This document shows, in pieces, positions 33,917 through 43,055 of a stretch of DNA of 50,660 nt. Positions within the stretch are counted from its first letter, which is position 1; each line of letters opens with the position of its first letter. The stretch spans positions 1-50,660 of the forward strand of contig JAUPUG010000018.1 in the NCBI GenBank assembly GCA_030917685.1, written 5' to 3'. The DNA is from Patescibacteria group bacterium. Its GTDB lineage: Bacteria; Patescibacteriota; Minisyncoccia; Phycocordibacterales; CAIZLB01. A model generated the notes under the pieces. That model saw only the letters and a list, made by a program, of their open reading frames with translations, made no database searches and was not told the origin of the DNA. The position numbers and the translations under genes were made by a program.

Positions 33917-35728
33917 TTAATGTCCCGCAACAAACGTAAGAGCCTTACCAACAGCACCTCCACGACCTGTTCGGCCGATTCGGTGAACATAGTCATCGTA
34001 TGTCATTGGAAGCTCGTAGTTGATTACGTGAGACACGTTTTTAACGTCGATTCCTCGAGCAGCAACGTCAGTCGCTACAAGAATGTTCAATGCGTCACTC
34101 TTGAATGATGCAAGAGCCTTCTGTCGCTGGTAGTGATTTTTATCACCGTGAATAGAAGCAGCTTTGTGACCAAGTTTAATGAGGTCTTCAGTGATTCGCT
34201 CTACACCACTCTTAGTCTGTCCGAAGATGAGAACCTTTTTGAATTCTTCTCGGTCAGTAAGAAGTCCGTGAAGCTTTTCCATTTTGTTTTCACCTCGTCC
34301 AACTCGTACAACGTCCTGATCAACACTCTTTGAAGTATCGCCAGTTTTTACTGAAATTGTAACAGGCTCGTTAAGGAATTCATGAACAAGATTCTGGATT
34401 TCTTTTGACATTGTCGCTGTAAAGAAAAGAGTTTGTCTTGTCTTTGGCATCTGTCCGATGATAAATCGCATTTCATTAATGAATCCCATATCAAGCATTC
34501 GGTCAGCTTCATCAAGAACCACGTTAGTGAATTTTGAGAAGTTGATATATTTTCGTTCACCAAGATCTTTTAGACGTCCAGGTGTACCGATAATAAAGTT
34601 GTTGAAATATTTGAGGTCCATAATCTGCTTTCGAATATGAGCTCCACCTACACAACACACTGAGTAAATCTTTGTATCTCGAATAAGAATAAGAAGTTCT
34701 TCTTCAATTTGCACAGCGAGTTCTCGCGTAGGTGCCATGATAAGAATTTCTTCTTTAGGATTATTGATAACTTTGTTTACAAGTGGAATAAGAAAGGCCA
34801 TAGTCTTTCCAGTACCAGTATTCGCGATACCGATAACATCTTTTCCTTCAAGAACTACTGGAATAGCCTGATCTTGAATAGGACTTGGATTTACATAACC
34901 CTTGAGTGCAATTCGTTTTTTGATATCTTCTGCGATATCAAAATCATTAAAAGTATGAGTTGGTTTGTATGCAGCAGCTTTTTTAGCTTCGTCAGTGATG
35001 TGAGATGTGTCTGCAATCTTGTTGATGAATTTACTTACGTCAATATGCTGACCTCGTCCACCACCTCGTGAACCTCCACGTCCTCCGCCAAATCCTCCTC
35101 GTCCGCCAGATGAGTATCCACCACGACCTCCTGATGAATAACCTCCGCCAGAACTATATCCACCTCGTCCACCTGAAGAGTAACCTCCACGCGATCCACC
35201 GTATGAAGATGATCCTCCTGAAGAGTATCCACCTCTCGAAGGAGCTGATGAATAAGAAGAACCTCCAGAACTATATCCTGAAGATCTTGGTGCAGACGAA
35301 TATCCACCCTGTGAAGAGCTTGATCGGCCTGAACCGTATGAAGTCTGTGAGCCACTGTATGATGGTCGTGAAGACGAATATGAAGAACCTCCAGAACGTG
35401 GAGATGATGGGTAAGAAGAACCAGATCTTGAAGGCGCACCTGCACCTGAAGATCGAGAACTTGTTCCATATGAAGTTTGTGATCCACTATATGATGGTCG
35501 TGATGATCCACCAGATGAGTATGAAGATCCAGATGAATATCCTCCTCGTGAAGAAGAAGTTTCTGATGATCCTGGTCGACTACTTGGTCGAGCATTTTTC
35601 ATAGAAGATTTTGGTACAAATTGTTTTGCAAACGAAAAAGCGTCTGCTTTAGGAGCTGGTCGAAAAGTTGGTTTTGGTCCCCGTGAGGCTCCTGCTCCAC
35701 GAGAAAAACTTGATTTATTATTGTTCAT
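33917..35728 (-). CDS. DEAD-box RNA helicase with about 235-aa N-terminal Ser/Gly/Tyr/Arg low-complexity region
   Basis: Q motif PSPIQ. Motif I ANTGTGKTMAF. Motif II VLDEADRML. Motif III TATM. Motif VI HRIGRTGRGG. N-terminus consists of SYSGSQTSYG, GGYSSGGRGGYSSGG and RGG repeats. Confidence 0.92.
   Translation of the reverse strand: MNNNKSSFSRGAGASRGPKPTFRPAPKADAFSFAKQFVPKSSMKNARPSSRPGSSETSSSRGGYSSGSSYSSGGSSRPSYSGSQTSYGTSSRSSGAGAPSRSGSSYPSSPRSGGSSYSSSRPSYSGSQTSYGSGRSSSSQGGYSSAPRSSGYSSGGSSYSSAPSRGGYSSGGSSSYGGSRGGYSSGGRGGYSSGGGYSSGGRGGYSSGGRGGFGGGRGGSRGGGRGQHIDVSKFINKIADTSHITDEAKKAAAYKPTHTFNDFDIAEDIKKRIALKGYVNPSPIQDQAIPVVLEGKDVIGIANTGTGKTMAFLIPLVNKVINNPKEEILIMAPTRELAVQIEEELLILIRDTKIYSVCCVGGAHIRKQIMDLKYFNNFIIGTPGRLKDLGERKYINFSKFTNVVLDEADRMLDMGFINEMRFIIGQMPKTRQTLFFTATMSKEIQNLVHEFLNEPVTISVKTGDTSKSVDQDVVRVGRGENKMEKLHGLLTDREEFKKVLIFGQTKSGVERITEDLIKLGHKAASIHGDKNHYQRQKALASFKSDALNILVATDVAARGIDVKNVSHVINYELPMTYDDYVHRIGRTGRGGAVGKALTFVAGH
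35020..35600 (-). repeat. Low-complexity coding repeats (SYSG / GGYSSGGRGG units)
   Basis: Degenerate short repeats run throughout the 5' third of the DEAD-box gene. They generate long spurious ORFs in the other frames. Confidence 0.8.
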
Positions 35729-36093
35729 TTTATGTAGTGTAAGGCGTTAGTTCTCGCCTGATTACAAAACATAGGCGTCGTGATTAGATTTCTGTATCTA
35801 CCTCTTTAATCGGGTATATTGAATCTAAAAGTAATAAATGACGCAAAGTGGCCATATAGGCCAGTAGGCAAAAACTTAGATATAACTTACTCCTACAGGG
35901 TACACTACGATACAATATTTGTCAAATAGCAATATGTGTGTTAAAAAGGAGCCTTGTCCCCTGAGCGACTTGTCATATGCACCCTATTTAGGAAACACAT
36001 CTGACACAGTCCCGAAGGAGTTGAAAGGGTAATATATAAGCGAAAGCACACAATGTGTCTAGCAAGAGCAATCAACAACACCAGACCAAGACT

Positions 36094-36270
36094 ATGGCCA
36101 AAAAAGCAGCAAAAAAGGCAAGTAAAAAAGCAGCAAGCGAGAAGGTAATTAAAAGAAGGCTTCGGAAAGAACGAGGTCTTCTGGTTCTCGTAATCCACCT
36201 GCACTTGCTCGACCAAGAAGACCCGAGCGAGAACCAAAATGCAAAAAAGAAAGGAAGGGGTAAAAAATGA
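36094..36270 (+). CDS. Possible small basic protein (58 aa), uncertain
   Basis: MAKKAAKKASKKAASEK... The ORF's TGA stop overlaps the ATG of the next ORF (ATGA at 36267-36270). The region also folds into a long inverted repeat, so it may be non-coding. Confidence 0.3.
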   Translation: MAKKAAKKASKKAASEKVIKRRLRKERGLLVLVIHLHLLDQEDPSENQNAKKKGRGKK

Positions 36271-36596
36271 GTACTCCGACTGATTCCCTTCCTTATCCAC
36301 TCTTCAAGCTCTCGGTCGCGATAATCGTTGACGAGAGTCTCAGAGAGCTCAAGAAAGAGATTTTCCGAATCGTTGATCTTCGTCTGGTGTACACACCATC
36401 AGACAACATCGAGACCTCCAATGTTGTCATCTCTGACAACCTCGAGGTTCTTCTCGGGAGCAGTTCAAACTCTGTTCGCATCTTGCTCTGTGATGAAACC
36501 ATAAAAGCAGCACAGAAGGACGTCTCGGGAGTAAATCTTATGACTCCTGAGGAGGTATCTGGCTACTTTAAAGGTGTACGTTACACCACCGAGTAA
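36267..36596 (+). CDS. Hypothetical protein (109 aa)
   Basis: ORF preceded by a purine-rich GGAAGGGG 7 nt upstream of the ATG, one of the few SD-like sites in the window. Followed by the terminator at 36624..36680. No family recognised. Confidence 0.55.
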   Translation: MSTPTDSLPYPLFKLSVAIIVDESLRELKKEIFRIVDLRLVYTPSDNIETSNVVISDNLEVLLGSSSNSVRILLCDETIKAAQKDVSGVNLMTPEEVSGYFKGVRYTTE

Positions 36597-36623
36597 TCTG
36601 GAATACATCTTAGCTCAAAACTC

Positions 36624-36680
36624 ACAACCTATGCATAATTTACAATTCGAAAGAAAAGTAGACGCATAGGTTGTTTTTTA
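36624..36680 (+). terminator. Hairpin (11-bp stem, 29-nt loop) plus T-run
   Basis: ACAACCTATGC ... GCATAGGTTGT followed by TTTTT. Confidence 0.5.
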
Positions 36681-36734
36681 TTTCAAAAATGGGAGATTCG
36701 AGTAATTCATCCTTCTGTTAAATGATTGTGAATT

Positions 36735-37337
36735 CTAAAAAATCGCGAACCTCATCCCCTTTCGTATTTGCATATAATTCGGAATAGTTTGTTCGATTAA
36801 TTTCCAAAATTCTGGACCATGATTAAATTCTACCAAGTGACAGAGCTCATGAACTACAACATAGTCTATTTCCTCAGAACGAAGCAATGCCAACTTGTGA
36901 CTAAAATTTAAATTACCTCTACGCGAACAGCTTCCCCATCTAGTTGAAACTTTTTTGACTCGTACATTTTTATATGAAAAATTATAAAATTGATTGAAGT
37001 GAGCGAGACGTTCGAGGACGATAGCCAAAGTTTTCGCCTTTAATTCTTTTTCAGATAATTTTGATGCAGATTGTGATTCGTTTGGAGTTCCATCAACACC
37101 ATCATAACCGCGTGCAATTTTTATTTTTTCTTGAAGTTTTCTATATTTTTCTCTTTGCACTTCTATCCATTCTTTTTTTGTGGCAATAAAATATTCAGCT
37201 TTTTTGATAAGTAAGTTTTGAAAAATAGACGAACGGCGAAAAGGCACGGTCACTACACAAGAGCCATCACGCTTTACTGTGAGACTGATACGTTTAGCTC
37301 GGCGATTTACTTTAATTGTGTAACTTCTTTCGTCCAT
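36735..37337 (-). CDS. YgjP-like (DUF45/M48-type) zinc metallopeptidase
   Basis: HExxH in VVVHELCHLVEFNHGPEFW. N-terminal YTIKVNRRAKRISLTVKRDGSCVVTVP is typical of the family. The track start at 37382 is a TTG; the ATG at 37337 lies 7 nt from a TAAAAT box. Confidence 0.75.
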   Translation of the reverse strand: MDERSYTIKVNRRAKRISLTVKRDGSCVVTVPFRRSSIFQNLLIKKAEYFIATKKEWIEVQREKYRKLQEKIKIARGYDGVDGTPNESQSASKLSEKELKAKTLAIVLERLAHFNQFYNFSYKNVRVKKVSTRWGSCSRRGNLNFSHKLALLRSEEIDYVVVHELCHLVEFNHGPEFWKLIEQTIPNYMQIRKGMRFAIF

Positions 37338-37478
37338 ATCTGTAATTTTATTTTCTGGTCCAATGTGTAAATATAAAATCAAAAATCCCCGGATACACTA
37401 GTGTACCACGGGGACATTTCTTGATTTATCCTCGATATATGTCACAACACCACCTTGAGAGTCCTTCTCGAGCACAAT

Positions 37479-37874
37479 TCAATTGTTCAGTCTCCAGCGA
37501 ATTCTACACCCAGCATGTCGCACATAGTGAAACAGGAACAATGCGATTTGAACACTAAGAGGAGCTGTTACTACGAAGATGATCCTCCTTAAAGTACTCA
37601 TATTCAAAATATACTCAAAACTGGGGATTACTACCCCAAATGAGAAATAAGTGATATATGAGACATAGATACCGATCAATACCAGCAACACCGGTATTGC
37701 AATAGCCCATGTTAAAAGCAAAAAGAATCCGCCGAGGATCCCAAAGATATTGTCGTCATCATAACTTTCATAATCACCTTGATGTGCGAGCCTCGCACTC
37801 AGATTGTCAGCATTTCTGTCAGCCGTCTGATTGATGGCCAGAATCAAGTTTCCCAAAAACCGAAGAATTTTCAT
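37479..37874 (-). CDS. Hypothetical membrane protein (131 aa)
   Basis: Three hydrophobic segments. Consensus promoter at 37958..37986 upstream. The first ATG is at 37874; the track uses TTG 37886. Confidence 0.55.
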   Translation of the reverse strand: MKILRFLGNLILAINQTADRNADNLSARLAHQGDYESYDDDNIFGILGGFFLLLTWAIAIPVLLVLIGIYVSYITYFSFGVVIPSFEYILNMSTLRRIIFVVTAPLSVQIALFLFHYVRHAGCRIRWRLNN

Positions 37875-37957
37875 AATTGAAGTCAAGTTTTAAATTGAAC
37901 GAACTATCGAGAATCGCTGTGAGACTGGCCTTGGACCACCCACATTTCTCAAACAGA

Positions 37958-37986
37958 ATAGTACAAATAGCCAAGAGACCTGTCAA
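37958..37986 (-). promoter_or_regulatory. Promoter TTGACA-17-TACTAT abutting the ABC-F stop codon
   Basis: Minus strand reads TTGACA (37986-37981), a 17-nt spacer, then TACTAT (37963-37958). A leader of about 83 nt runs to the ATG at 37874. Confidence 0.6.
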
Positions 37987-39582
37987 TTACTCTTCCTTAA
38001 TCTTCGCCTCTGGCACCATACCACTCACCTTCACATCCCCACTCATTTCATCGAGTAGCTCGCCCAGCTCTTTCCATCTTGGAGTTACAGTTTGATTGCC
38101 GATTACCCAGAAAAGTTCAGGTGCAAACTCTTGGATGAATTCATAATCGTGACTTACAAGCAAAATAGTACTCTTTGAAACCTTACATGAATGCAATAAA
38201 ACTTCCCATGTCACTTCATCAATATGGTTTGTAGGCTCATCAAGAATGAGAAAATCTGGTTTTTGTCCGAATACGATGGCAAATCGAAGTCGCATTCGTT
38301 CACCTCCAGAAAGTGAACCGATTTTCGTTTGCATTTTTTTGAGATCGAAACGCATAGCACCGAGCGCAGAACGTGCTTCTACATCGAAACAGTTGAGCTT
38401 TTTCATAACCACATCAACAGGATTTGCATCTGCATCAAATTGCATATGCTGGTCGAAGTACGCAAAAGTTACAGGCTTTTCCGGAACACGAGAAGTTGGA
38501 TCATACGCACCCATTGCCCATGTCACAGTTCCTTCAGTCGGTACAAGGTCTCCAGTTAAAGACTTTAGAAAAGTAGACTTCCCTGCACCATTTCGTCCAA
38601 GAAGTGCAATATGAGAACCACTTCGTACTTCAAGTGATACATCTTTAAATGTAAATGCTTTTGCATCTGGATATTTGAACCCAAGCTTTGTTGTTCTCAT
38701 CAAAAGTTTTCCATCATGAAAACCTTCACCTCCTTGGGCAATCTTTACTCGTGCTTTCTTATCATCAGGACGTCCAGTATCTTTGTGGCTCGCCTTCAGC
38801 TCATTGAGTTCTTTTAATTTTCTCTGGTACGCAGAAACTTCTTTTCCTCGAATTGCCTTTTGTTTCAAAATGACAATTGTATTTTGCAATTGCTTAATAC
38901 GTTTTGTCTCTGTATCAAAGGCTCTTTGCATTCCTCCGATTCGTTCCATTTTACTTTCGATATAATCATCGTATCCACCTTCTGAAATATGTACCTGACC
39001 ACCAGCAAGCTCTGCAACTTTTGTTGCAATAGAGTCAATCAAGAGTCGATCGTGAGAAATAAATACAACACCACCTCGATAATCTTGGAGCATCTGAATG
39101 AGGACCATACGACTTACTATGTCAATGTGGTTTTCTGGTTCATCGAGTAATATGAAATCTGGATTTCCGGCAAAAGCAACTGAAAGCATGAGAATCTTTT
39201 GTTGTCCTCCTGAAAATGATCCACAAGTCGCATCAGCTTCAATTTTCTCCAGATCAAATCCTAACTCTTTTGAAATACTAAAAACTCGCTTAGTCAGACC
39301 AACTCCAATACTTTCATTAATATATTCAGCAACTGTCTTGTGCGTACTATCATGAGGAAATTCCTGTGGAATGTATACAGCTCGAATATGACCACTTTTT
39401 TCAACAACCCCAGCGTCTGCCTCTATCTCCCCACAAAGAATCTTGAGAAGCGTAGACTTTCCAGCCCCGTTTTCACCTAGGATACAGAGACGTTCATTCT
39501 CGGTACATTTTAAAGATACTCCTGAGAAGATAGTCCGATCTCCATAGGCATATTCGATTTTCTTGAGGTTGATGTATTTCAC
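37987..39582 (-). CDS. ABC-F family ATPase (two ABC cassettes, no TM domain)
   Basis: Two Walker A sites (GENGAGKSTLLK, GRNGAGKSTFLK). Two signature motifs (FSGGQQK, LSGGERMR). Charged inter-domain linker. GTG start. Confidence 0.9.
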   Translation of the reverse strand: MKYINLKKIEYAYGDRTIFSGVSLKCTENERLCILGENGAGKSTLLKILCGEIEADAGVVEKSGHIRAVYIPQEFPHDSTHKTVAEYINESIGVGLTKRVFSISKELGFDLEKIEADATCGSFSGGQQKILMLSVAFAGNPDFILLDEPENHIDIVSRMVLIQMLQDYRGGVVFISHDRLLIDSIATKVAELAGGQVHISEGGYDDYIESKMERIGGMQRAFDTETKRIKQLQNTIVILKQKAIRGKEVSAYQRKLKELNELKASHKDTGRPDDKKARVKIAQGGEGFHDGKLLMRTTKLGFKYPDAKAFTFKDVSLEVRSGSHIALLGRNGAGKSTFLKSLTGDLVPTEGTVTWAMGAYDPTSRVPEKPVTFAYFDQHMQFDADANPVDVVMKKLNCFDVEARSALGAMRFDLKKMQTKIGSLSGGERMRLRFAIVFGQKPDFLILDEPTNHIDEVTWEVLLHSCKVSKSTILLVSHDYEFIQEFAPELFWVIGNQTVTPRWKELGELLDEMSGDVKVSGMVPEAKIKEE

Positions 39583-39754
39583 GTGTTTTGTATTTATACA
39601 CTAACTTAGGGAAGAGATAAAGACTCACCTACTTGGCCAAATATATACGCAAGAGCTTAAGTAGATAACTTACCTCACATTTTGTATACGTCGTAGTATA
39701 ATAATACCTGTACATTATTAAGTAATAGTTCCACAGATAATTTAATTTATATTT

Positions 39755-40732
39755 ATGAAAGTTTTACATTCAACCAAAGCGGGTCTGTATAGTGCAAGTA
39801 TTGTGACATCTGTCATATTCGCACTCATACTCGGAGGATTTCAAGTAGTACAAGCTGAGACAGATGATCGACCAGCTGGAGCACCTTCCACTCCACCAAA
39901 ACCAGCCCTTCGAAAAGAAGCCGCGGGGGAAAGAAAAGAAATTCGAAAAGATGCACAGGAAGTTCGAAAAGACATTCGACAAGTAGCAACTTCAACTCGA
40001 CGGACAATTCTTCAAACTGGGAAGTCGGAGGCAAAAGACATTCGAGAAGACAGCAAGGATGCTCGAAAAGCAATTATTGAAACAAACGGACGAAGCTCTA
40101 CAACTTCTGCACTACTACGAGCTGAACAATTAAAGAAACAAGCAGAGCTTAAGAATAACCGAGCAAGTACAACAAGTGCTCTCCGTGAAAACAGAGCGAG
40201 CACCACTTCAGCACTCAAAGCAAACCGAGAGGAATTGGATAAGAATATAAAGGAGAAACGAGATGAACTTAAGAAAAAACTCGATACACTCAAGAAAGAA
40301 AAGAAGCAGAAACTCGACGACAAGAAAAAGAATGTAGTTAATACAGCTTTGAAAAATATATTTGCTAGATTTGGAGAGAGAATGGAACAACTTACAGCTA
40401 TTGATGGCCGACTGAGTGCAAAAGTTACAGAATTACAGTCAAAAGGAACAGATGTGGCTTCTACTGTAACTCTATTATCTTCTGCAAAGACTGCATTACA
40501 GAAAGCACAGACAGACGTTGCTGCAACAAAAGCCCTCGCTTCAGAACAGACAGCAACATCTACTTCAAAAGAGGTACTCAAGAGTCTTGTAAATACTGCT
40601 GAAACAAGTGTTAAAACTGCAAAAGATTCTTACAAGAAAGTTGCAGAAAGTCTTAAGCCGTATCTAGGTACAACCTTATCAAACTCTTCAACATCCGCAT
40701 CGACTTCAACAGCATCATCAACTTCAATCTAA
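39755..40732 (+). CDS. Secreted or membrane-anchored Lys-rich coiled-coil protein
   Basis: N-terminal hydrophobic segment VTSVIFALILGGFQVVQA. Repeated (N)RASTTSAL units. Long K/E-rich helices. Ser/Thr tail. Confidence 0.7.
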   Translation: MKVLHSTKAGLYSASIVTSVIFALILGGFQVVQAETDDRPAGAPSTPPKPALRKEAAGERKEIRKDAQEVRKDIRQVATSTRRTILQTGKSEAKDIREDSKDARKAIIETNGRSSTTSALLRAEQLKKQAELKNNRASTTSALRENRASTTSALKANREELDKNIKEKRDELKKKLDTLKKEKKQKLDDKKKNVVNTALKNIFARFGERMEQLTAIDGRLSAKVTELQSKGTDVASTVTLLSSAKTALQKAQTDVAATKALASEQTATSTSKEVLKSLVNTAETSVKTAKDSYKKVAESLKPYLGTTLSNSSTSASTSTASSTSI

Positions 40733-40757
40733 TTACTAATAGAAATATACAAACACC

Positions 40758-41096
40758 ATGGATCCAATCACAAACAATCAAATGAATTCTATGTACCAGT
40801 CTCCACTCGGTCAACAGCCTGTACATCGAACTTCAATCGTCTCAATCATTATCCTATTATTGATAGCTATAATCGTTGCAGTTTTAGGCTTTGGACGTAT
40901 TAGTAGTATGAAAGAGGAGCAAGCAAAGATGATACAAAAAGATGCTGAACAAGCGCAGATAATGCAAAAGCAAGCACAAAACCAAGCTGCACTTGACGCT
41001 CAAGTTGAGGCTGACGCTAATATTTTGACAGATTTAGAAAACATATCTTCTGATACAAATGATGAGGATATGAAAGATCTTGAATCTGCGTTTTAG
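40758..41096 (+). CDS. Small single-TM protein (112 aa)
   Basis: TM segment IVSIIILLLIAIIVAVLGF followed by a Q/A/E-rich helix. Lies 25 nt downstream of the previous gene. Confidence 0.6.
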   Translation: MDPITNNQMNSMYQSPLGQQPVHRTSIVSIIILLLIAIIVAVLGFGRISSMKEEQAKMIQKDAEQAQIMQKQAQNQAALDAQVEADANILTDLENISSDTNDEDMKDLESAF

Positions 41097-41098
41097 AT

Positions 41099-42919
41099 TT
41101 AACGCGAACCAGTTAAGAAATCCCTTATACGCTCGTCGATTCTGACATCCTGAGCACGTAGGGGATTTTTTAGTGTAATACCTTGGAGACTTCTCACTCG
41201 TGAAAGTGCCACATAGGCCTGTCCATGAGCGAATGTTCCTTTTCCGAAATCGATAATAGCCGTATCAAATGTCTTACCTTGACTCTTGTGTATTGTAACT
41301 GCCCAAGCAAGTTTGATAGGTATCTGTGTATATTTTCCTACAACCTCAGAGTCGAGTTGATCGTGCAGTTCGTCATATTCATAACGGACCATCTCCCATG
41401 TATCGCCAATCACCTCCTCTACTCGCCCATCCTCAAAACGAACACGGACTGACGCATCCATGAGTTTTTCAACAGTACCAATATCTCCGTTGACCCATTT
41501 TCCACTTGGATCATTTTTGAGCGTCATCACTTGTGCACCAAGTTTGAGCACTAGCTGTTCTGGCGCCGGAGCATTCTTTTGTTCGAATCTTCCAACCAAA
41601 GCGCCTTTATATGTTTTTGATGGAGTTTTAATTTCTTCTAACTTTTCAGTGTTAATCTTATCAGCCAAAGCATTTGTAGTTACCAAATATACTGTGAGTT
41701 TTTTAATACTCGCATCAGCGATATCTGAATTTCCAACCGCAGAGACACCCGCCGAGTCAGTCAATGTCTTCATTCCAAAACTGAGTCCTTTAATGCCACT
41801 CAAATCGAATTCTTTCTTTAGGTCTTGAATAAGTTCCTCTTTTTTCGACATCATCTTTTCCTTCACTACAATGTTTCCCTCCTCATCTCGTTCTTCATCA
41901 TCAATAGGTATGCCTTCATCATTTACATATAATGAATCTGACACTACGATATCTGCCGTCTGCACGTCCGTCATTGTCACTTTTTTGCCATTCACCTCAA
42001 GACACATTCGATTTATATATTCAACATGTTGCATATCTGCTTCACCTGTTCTTATCTTATCAAGAATATCTATAAACACTGAATCTTGCTGACGATACAC
42101 CTGCGTCAATTCAATTACTTGAAATCCTCCCTGCTTGTAAGCAGGAGCATCAAAAAAGTATGGACTTTCGTACTTTGTCTCAAAAATATATCCTTCTCCA
42201 GGACCTACCACCGGCGGAAGTTGGAACAAATCTCCGATAACAACTATCTGTACTCCGCCAAATGGCTCTGCAGGATTCTTACCATTTAAACGCAGGAATC
42301 TATCGATACAATCAAACAGGTCTGCACGCACCATAGATATCTCATCAATAATAAGCATATCAATCTTCTTATACATTTTTTGATCTACTTCTGCTGTAAT
42401 TTTCTTCACGTCTTGCACCGTCATGCCGATTTTAAATTTGAAAAACCCATGGATTGTTTGACCACGTACATTGAGTGCAGCAACGCCTGTTGGTGCAACC
42501 ACTACTACATTTTTCTTTGTAGTGTTTCTAAAATATCCAAGCAATGTCGACTTACCAGTACCAGCTCGCCCTGTAATAAAAAGATTCTCGCCAGAGTTTT
42601 CCAAAGTGTCTATAACATCTTTTGATTCATCAGACAGCTTAAGATTTTTGTAAAATTCTTTCTCAGCTTCTTCTTTTTTGATTTTTTGTTTTTGTCCTTG
42701 ATCTTTATCAATTTCAAATGACATGCCGTCTATAATCTTCTTTCGAGCATCAACCTTAGCGTATTTTGAGAATTTTGCACCGAAACTCGAACTTGCCGAT
42801 GCGCCTGTTTTCGCACCAAAATCACCTCTCCGTGCAGCAAAACTTGCTGAAGGGATTTTTTTGCTCGGCCATTTTGAGTTTGGGTTCGAGTTTGAAGATG
42901 AAGAATTTCCGAAGGTCAT
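41099..42919 (-). CDS. Pif1/RecD-like SF1B DNA helicase
   Basis: Walker A ITGRAGTGKSTLL. Motifs APTGVAALNVRGQTIHGFF, LIIDEISMV, PFGGVQIVVIGDLFQLPPV, TIHKSQGKTFD and YVALSRVRSLQGI. Confidence 0.85.
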   Translation of the reverse strand: MTFGNSSSSNSNPNSKWPSKKIPSASFAARRGDFGAKTGASASSSFGAKFSKYAKVDARKKIIDGMSFEIDKDQGQKQKIKKEEAEKEFYKNLKLSDESKDVIDTLENSGENLFITGRAGTGKSTLLGYFRNTTKKNVVVVAPTGVAALNVRGQTIHGFFKFKIGMTVQDVKKITAEVDQKMYKKIDMLIIDEISMVRADLFDCIDRFLRLNGKNPAEPFGGVQIVVIGDLFQLPPVVGPGEGYIFETKYESPYFFDAPAYKQGGFQVIELTQVYRQQDSVFIDILDKIRTGEADMQHVEYINRMCLEVNGKKVTMTDVQTADIVVSDSLYVNDEGIPIDDEERDEEGNIVVKEKMMSKKEELIQDLKKEFDLSGIKGLSFGMKTLTDSAGVSAVGNSDIADASIKKLTVYLVTTNALADKINTEKLEEIKTPSKTYKGALVGRFEQKNAPAPEQLVLKLGAQVMTLKNDPSGKWVNGDIGTVEKLMDASVRVRFEDGRVEEVIGDTWEMVRYEYDELHDQLDSEVVGKYTQIPIKLAWAVTIHKSQGKTFDTAIIDFGKGTFAHGQAYVALSRVRSLQGITLKNPLRAQDVRIDERIRDFLTGSR

Positions 42920-42929
42920 AATTGTTCAT

Positions 42930-42938
42930 ATAATACCA
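42930..42938 (-). promoter_or_regulatory. Extended -10 (TGgTATTAT) 10 nt from the Pif1-like gene ATG
   Basis: Minus strand reads TGGTATTAT, then atgaacaatt, then the ATG at 42919. Confidence 0.45.
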
Positions 42939-42953
42939 TGTGACCACATACAC

Positions 42954-42993
42954 AAAACAGCACCGACGCATCAGTTTGCGTGGTGCTGTTTTT
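42954..42993 (-). terminator. Rho-independent terminator after DoxX gene (bidirectional shape)
   Basis: AAAACAGCACCGACGCA tcagtt TGCGTGGTGCTGTTTT. Confidence 0.75.
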
Positions 42994-43055
42994 GGAATCC
43001 CTATCGCATGTATGGAATATCTATTGTGTATCCTTTGGATACTTCATATACAGTT

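Noticed and set aside
35035-35604. 186-aa and 178-aa ORFs on both strands within the 5' third of the DEAD-box gene.
   Set aside because: They are alternative-frame readings of the S/G/Y/R repeat DNA. Only the annotated frame continues into helicase motifs.
35941-36300. 119-aa minus-strand ORF in the long intergenic region.
   Set aside because: The translation is hydrophobic and Cys/Phe-rich with no start context. It overlaps the better-supported plus-strand ORF pair. Left unannotated.
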